Of a stretch of 14,292 nucleotides of DNA, positions 13,028 to 14,292 are shown one piece after another. The notes beneath the pieces are model-generated. The model was not told the DNA's origin. It searched no databases and saw only the letters and a list, made by a program, of their open reading frames with translations. How positions within the stretch are numbered: the first letter of the stretch is position 1; every line of letters begins with the position of its first letter. The stretch lies in contig JAPVWK010000048.1 in the NCBI GenBank assembly GCA_028572065.1, positions 1 to 14,292 of the forward strand. Reading direction: 5' to 3'. The DNA is from Candidatus Methanophagales archaeon. Lineage in GTDB: Archaea > Halobacteriota > Syntropharchaeia > Alkanophagales > Methanospirareceae. Made by a program: the position numbers and the translations under genes.

Positions 13028-13630
13028 TTATGGATGTTTATCAGGCGGATGACAGGTCCAACAGGAATCTTCTTTTACATCCATATCGTGGTCGTTGTGA
13101 CATGTCGCGCACTCGAAACCTGTATAATCCGGACTCTCGTAGCTTTTATATTCACCGATCTTGTGTGCCGTGTGTTCGATCGTGGCGTGGCATTTAAAGC
13201 ATGAAATTGTAGTATCCGTGATTTTTTCCGACGGTCTCTTGTGTTCGCTGTGGCATTCCATACAGTATTCGTTCTTTGGCGATGCCGGCGGCTTATTCTC
13301 CACTTGTTCAGCCATATCGTCATAAGTTCCGCCTAAACTCTTACCTTCTGTCATACCTTCGGCCATGCCTTCAACGTGGTGAAGCGCTTCCCCGATATAC
13401 AGGAACATCTCGGGCTTATGCGGCTTATGGCAGTCGTGACAGTCCACTTCCGCATGCGATGTGACCATCAAAGAGTCATAAAAAGGCTGCATCTCATGAC
13501 AGTTGGCCCCGCAACTTTCTGGTTTGTGCATCTCATGCTCCATGACTGGTACCATAAATGCCGCACCACCGATGACTCCAACGGTCACCACTACGACCAG
13601 AGCAATAATTATCTTCTCACCGGTTTCCAT
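13028..13630 (-). CDS. membrane-anchored hexahaem c-type cytochrome, NapC/NirT/NrfH-like N-terminal module
   Basis: It has one N-terminal TM helix (IIIALVVVVTVGVIGGAAFMV). SCGANCHEMQPFYDSLMVTSHAEVDCHDCHKPH parallels the NapC block (FCISCHEM..Y.......H......C.DCH.PH). Four further CxxCH motifs follow (CMECH, CFKCH, CATCH, CWTCH). A strong SD is present (AAGGAGGG). Confidence 0.8.
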   Translation of the reverse strand: METGEKIIIALVVVVTVGVIGGAAFMVPVMEHEMHKPESCGANCHEMQPFYDSLMVTSHAEVDCHDCHKPHKPEMFLYIGEALHHVEGMAEGMTEGKSLGGTYDDMAEQVENKPPASPKNEYCMECHSEHKRPSEKITDTTISCFKCHATIEHTAHKIGEYKSYESPDYTGFECATCHNDHDMDVKEDSCWTCHPPDKHP

Positions 13631-13751
13631 ACTCGGCCCTCCTTATTCTTGTCACCTTCGCTTCTTCCACCAATATTACCCTCTCTGTTTTCCCCATCTC
13701 CCTCACCTTTTTGGTTTTGTTCCAACTATGTAATTAGTTTAAAGTTGTGAC

Positions 13752-13759
13752 TATAAAAA
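13752..13759 (-). promoter_or_regulatory. candidate TATA box (TTTTTATA on the minus strand) for the cytochrome/ROS operon
   Basis: This is the only good TATA-like box in the 266-nt spacer upstream of the 13630 start. It implies a 5' UTR of roughly 95 nt. Confidence 0.3.
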
Positions 13760-13896
13760 TGTTGTCAGTATTTTAGTTTATATCCCAAAAGTAATGAGCC
13801 AAAGGAAGCCGACCAACGAGACTGCATGAGCAAAGTAGTAGACTTTATCGCCCTTTTTTGGTTCATAGCTCTAAAGTGGGTTGACGTTAACATCCA

Positions 13897-14292
13897 TCAT
13901 CGGCGGTAGTAACATGGTCCCGGTCTCATTATAGAAATCCCGGTTACTTCGACTTCGATAACCCCTTCCGGGGCACTATCATGTTTTTTGGTGAGCATAA
14001 AGTTTCTGCCCAGTTCATAAATTGGGCCATCGGTATGGTATCTTCCTATTCCTTTTATTTGGTATCCTTTTTCTTCTTCTGGATCCCAGTAGGAGATGCG
14101 AACGTAATTATCCTCTATTAGATCCTTCTCGTTCAGTTTCGTAAAATCACCAATGAGCAGAACCGTTTGGTCATTGCGAACCTTCTTCCAAAATACTTGA
14201 ACGGCAGTTTGATTTCTTTCTTTACCCGCGGTTTCAAATACAACTGAATCCACCTTTTCAAATATCTTTTTCAATTCATCTGGAATTATCAT
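13897..14292 (-). CDS. pyridoxamine 5'-phosphate oxidase-like FMN-binding split-barrel protein
   Basis: The 131-aa ORF has its ATG as the last three bases of the window, so the true start could lie beyond it. The pattern VVFETAGKERNQTAVQVFWKKVRNDQTVLLIGDF...NYVRISYWDPEEEKGYQIKGIGRY fits small PNPOx-family proteins. Confidence 0.6.
   Translation of the reverse strand: MIIPDELKKIFEKVDSVVFETAGKERNQTAVQVFWKKVRNDQTVLLIGDFTKLNEKDLIEDNYVRISYWDPEEEKGYQIKGIGRYHTDGPIYELGRNFMLTKKHDSAPEGVIEVEVTGISIMRPGPCYYRR

Noticed and set aside
13617-13697. 26-aa upstream ORF (MGKTERVILVEEAKVTRIRRAEYGNR) with a GGTGAGGGAG SD, overlapping the hexahaem cytochrome start out of frame
   Set aside because: It could be a leader peptide, but the only support is an SD-like purine run in a purine-rich UTR. 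There is no recognisable regulatory logic and no way to test conservation here.
13778-13909. Plus-strand TTTATATC box followed by a 27-aa hydrophobic ORF (MSKVVDFIALFWFIALKWVDVNIHHRR, 13826-13909)
   Set aside because: There is no SD. A T6 tract that would terminate archaeal transcription lies inside the ORF, and its end overlaps the convergent PNPOx-like gene. It is most likely chance.
1-14292. CRISPR arrays, tRNA/rRNA genes, transposases or integrases, toxin-antitoxin or other defence genes
   Set aside because: I looked for regularly spaced direct repeats, cloverleaf-like segments and IS-type ORFs on both strands and saw none. The only repeats are the palindromic elements and the GCAGAT arms reported above.

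Overview
This window reads as archaeal, probably a Methanosarcinales or ANME-2-like euryarchaeon. That placement is inferred from two PGF-CTERM-type sorting signals, multihaem cytochromes, an FprA-type flavodiiron protein, a minimal NifB, AGGAGG ribosome-binding sites and TATA-like boxes.

Bases 1-3177 hold mostly plus-strand genes with a metal-uptake flavour:
- an ExbD/DUF2149-like membrane protein
- a small coiled-coil ORF
- a Peripla_BP_2 substrate-binding protein
- a truncated GxxExxY gene inside inverted repeats
- a radical SAM enzyme

Bases 3169-13630 form one tightly packed minus-strand island. In transcription order it encodes:
- a NapC/NirT-like membrane hexahaem cytochrome
- an unannotated 44-aa ORF
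- an EncFtn-type mini-ferritin
- a secreted pentahaem cytochrome with a PGF-CTERM anchor
- superoxide reductase, peroxiredoxin and ferritin
- two tandem flavodoxin-rubredoxin-flavodiiron modules (both rubredoxins are too short for the ORF track)
- a NifU/IscU-like scaffold, a small sirohaem sulfite/nitrite-reductase-like protein and NifB
- a decayed ORF

A PNPOx-like FMN-binding gene sits at the right edge. A 60-70 nt imperfect palindromic repeat occurs three times in intercistronic spacers.

The most unusual points are:
- an outward-facing cytochrome pair genetically joined to cytoplasmic O2/ROS scavengers
- an encapsulin-type ferroxidase with no encapsulin in the window
- mosaic conservation of the duplicated modules
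- NifB outside any nif context

All family calls rest on motifs read by eye and on memory of family signatures. No searches were run.
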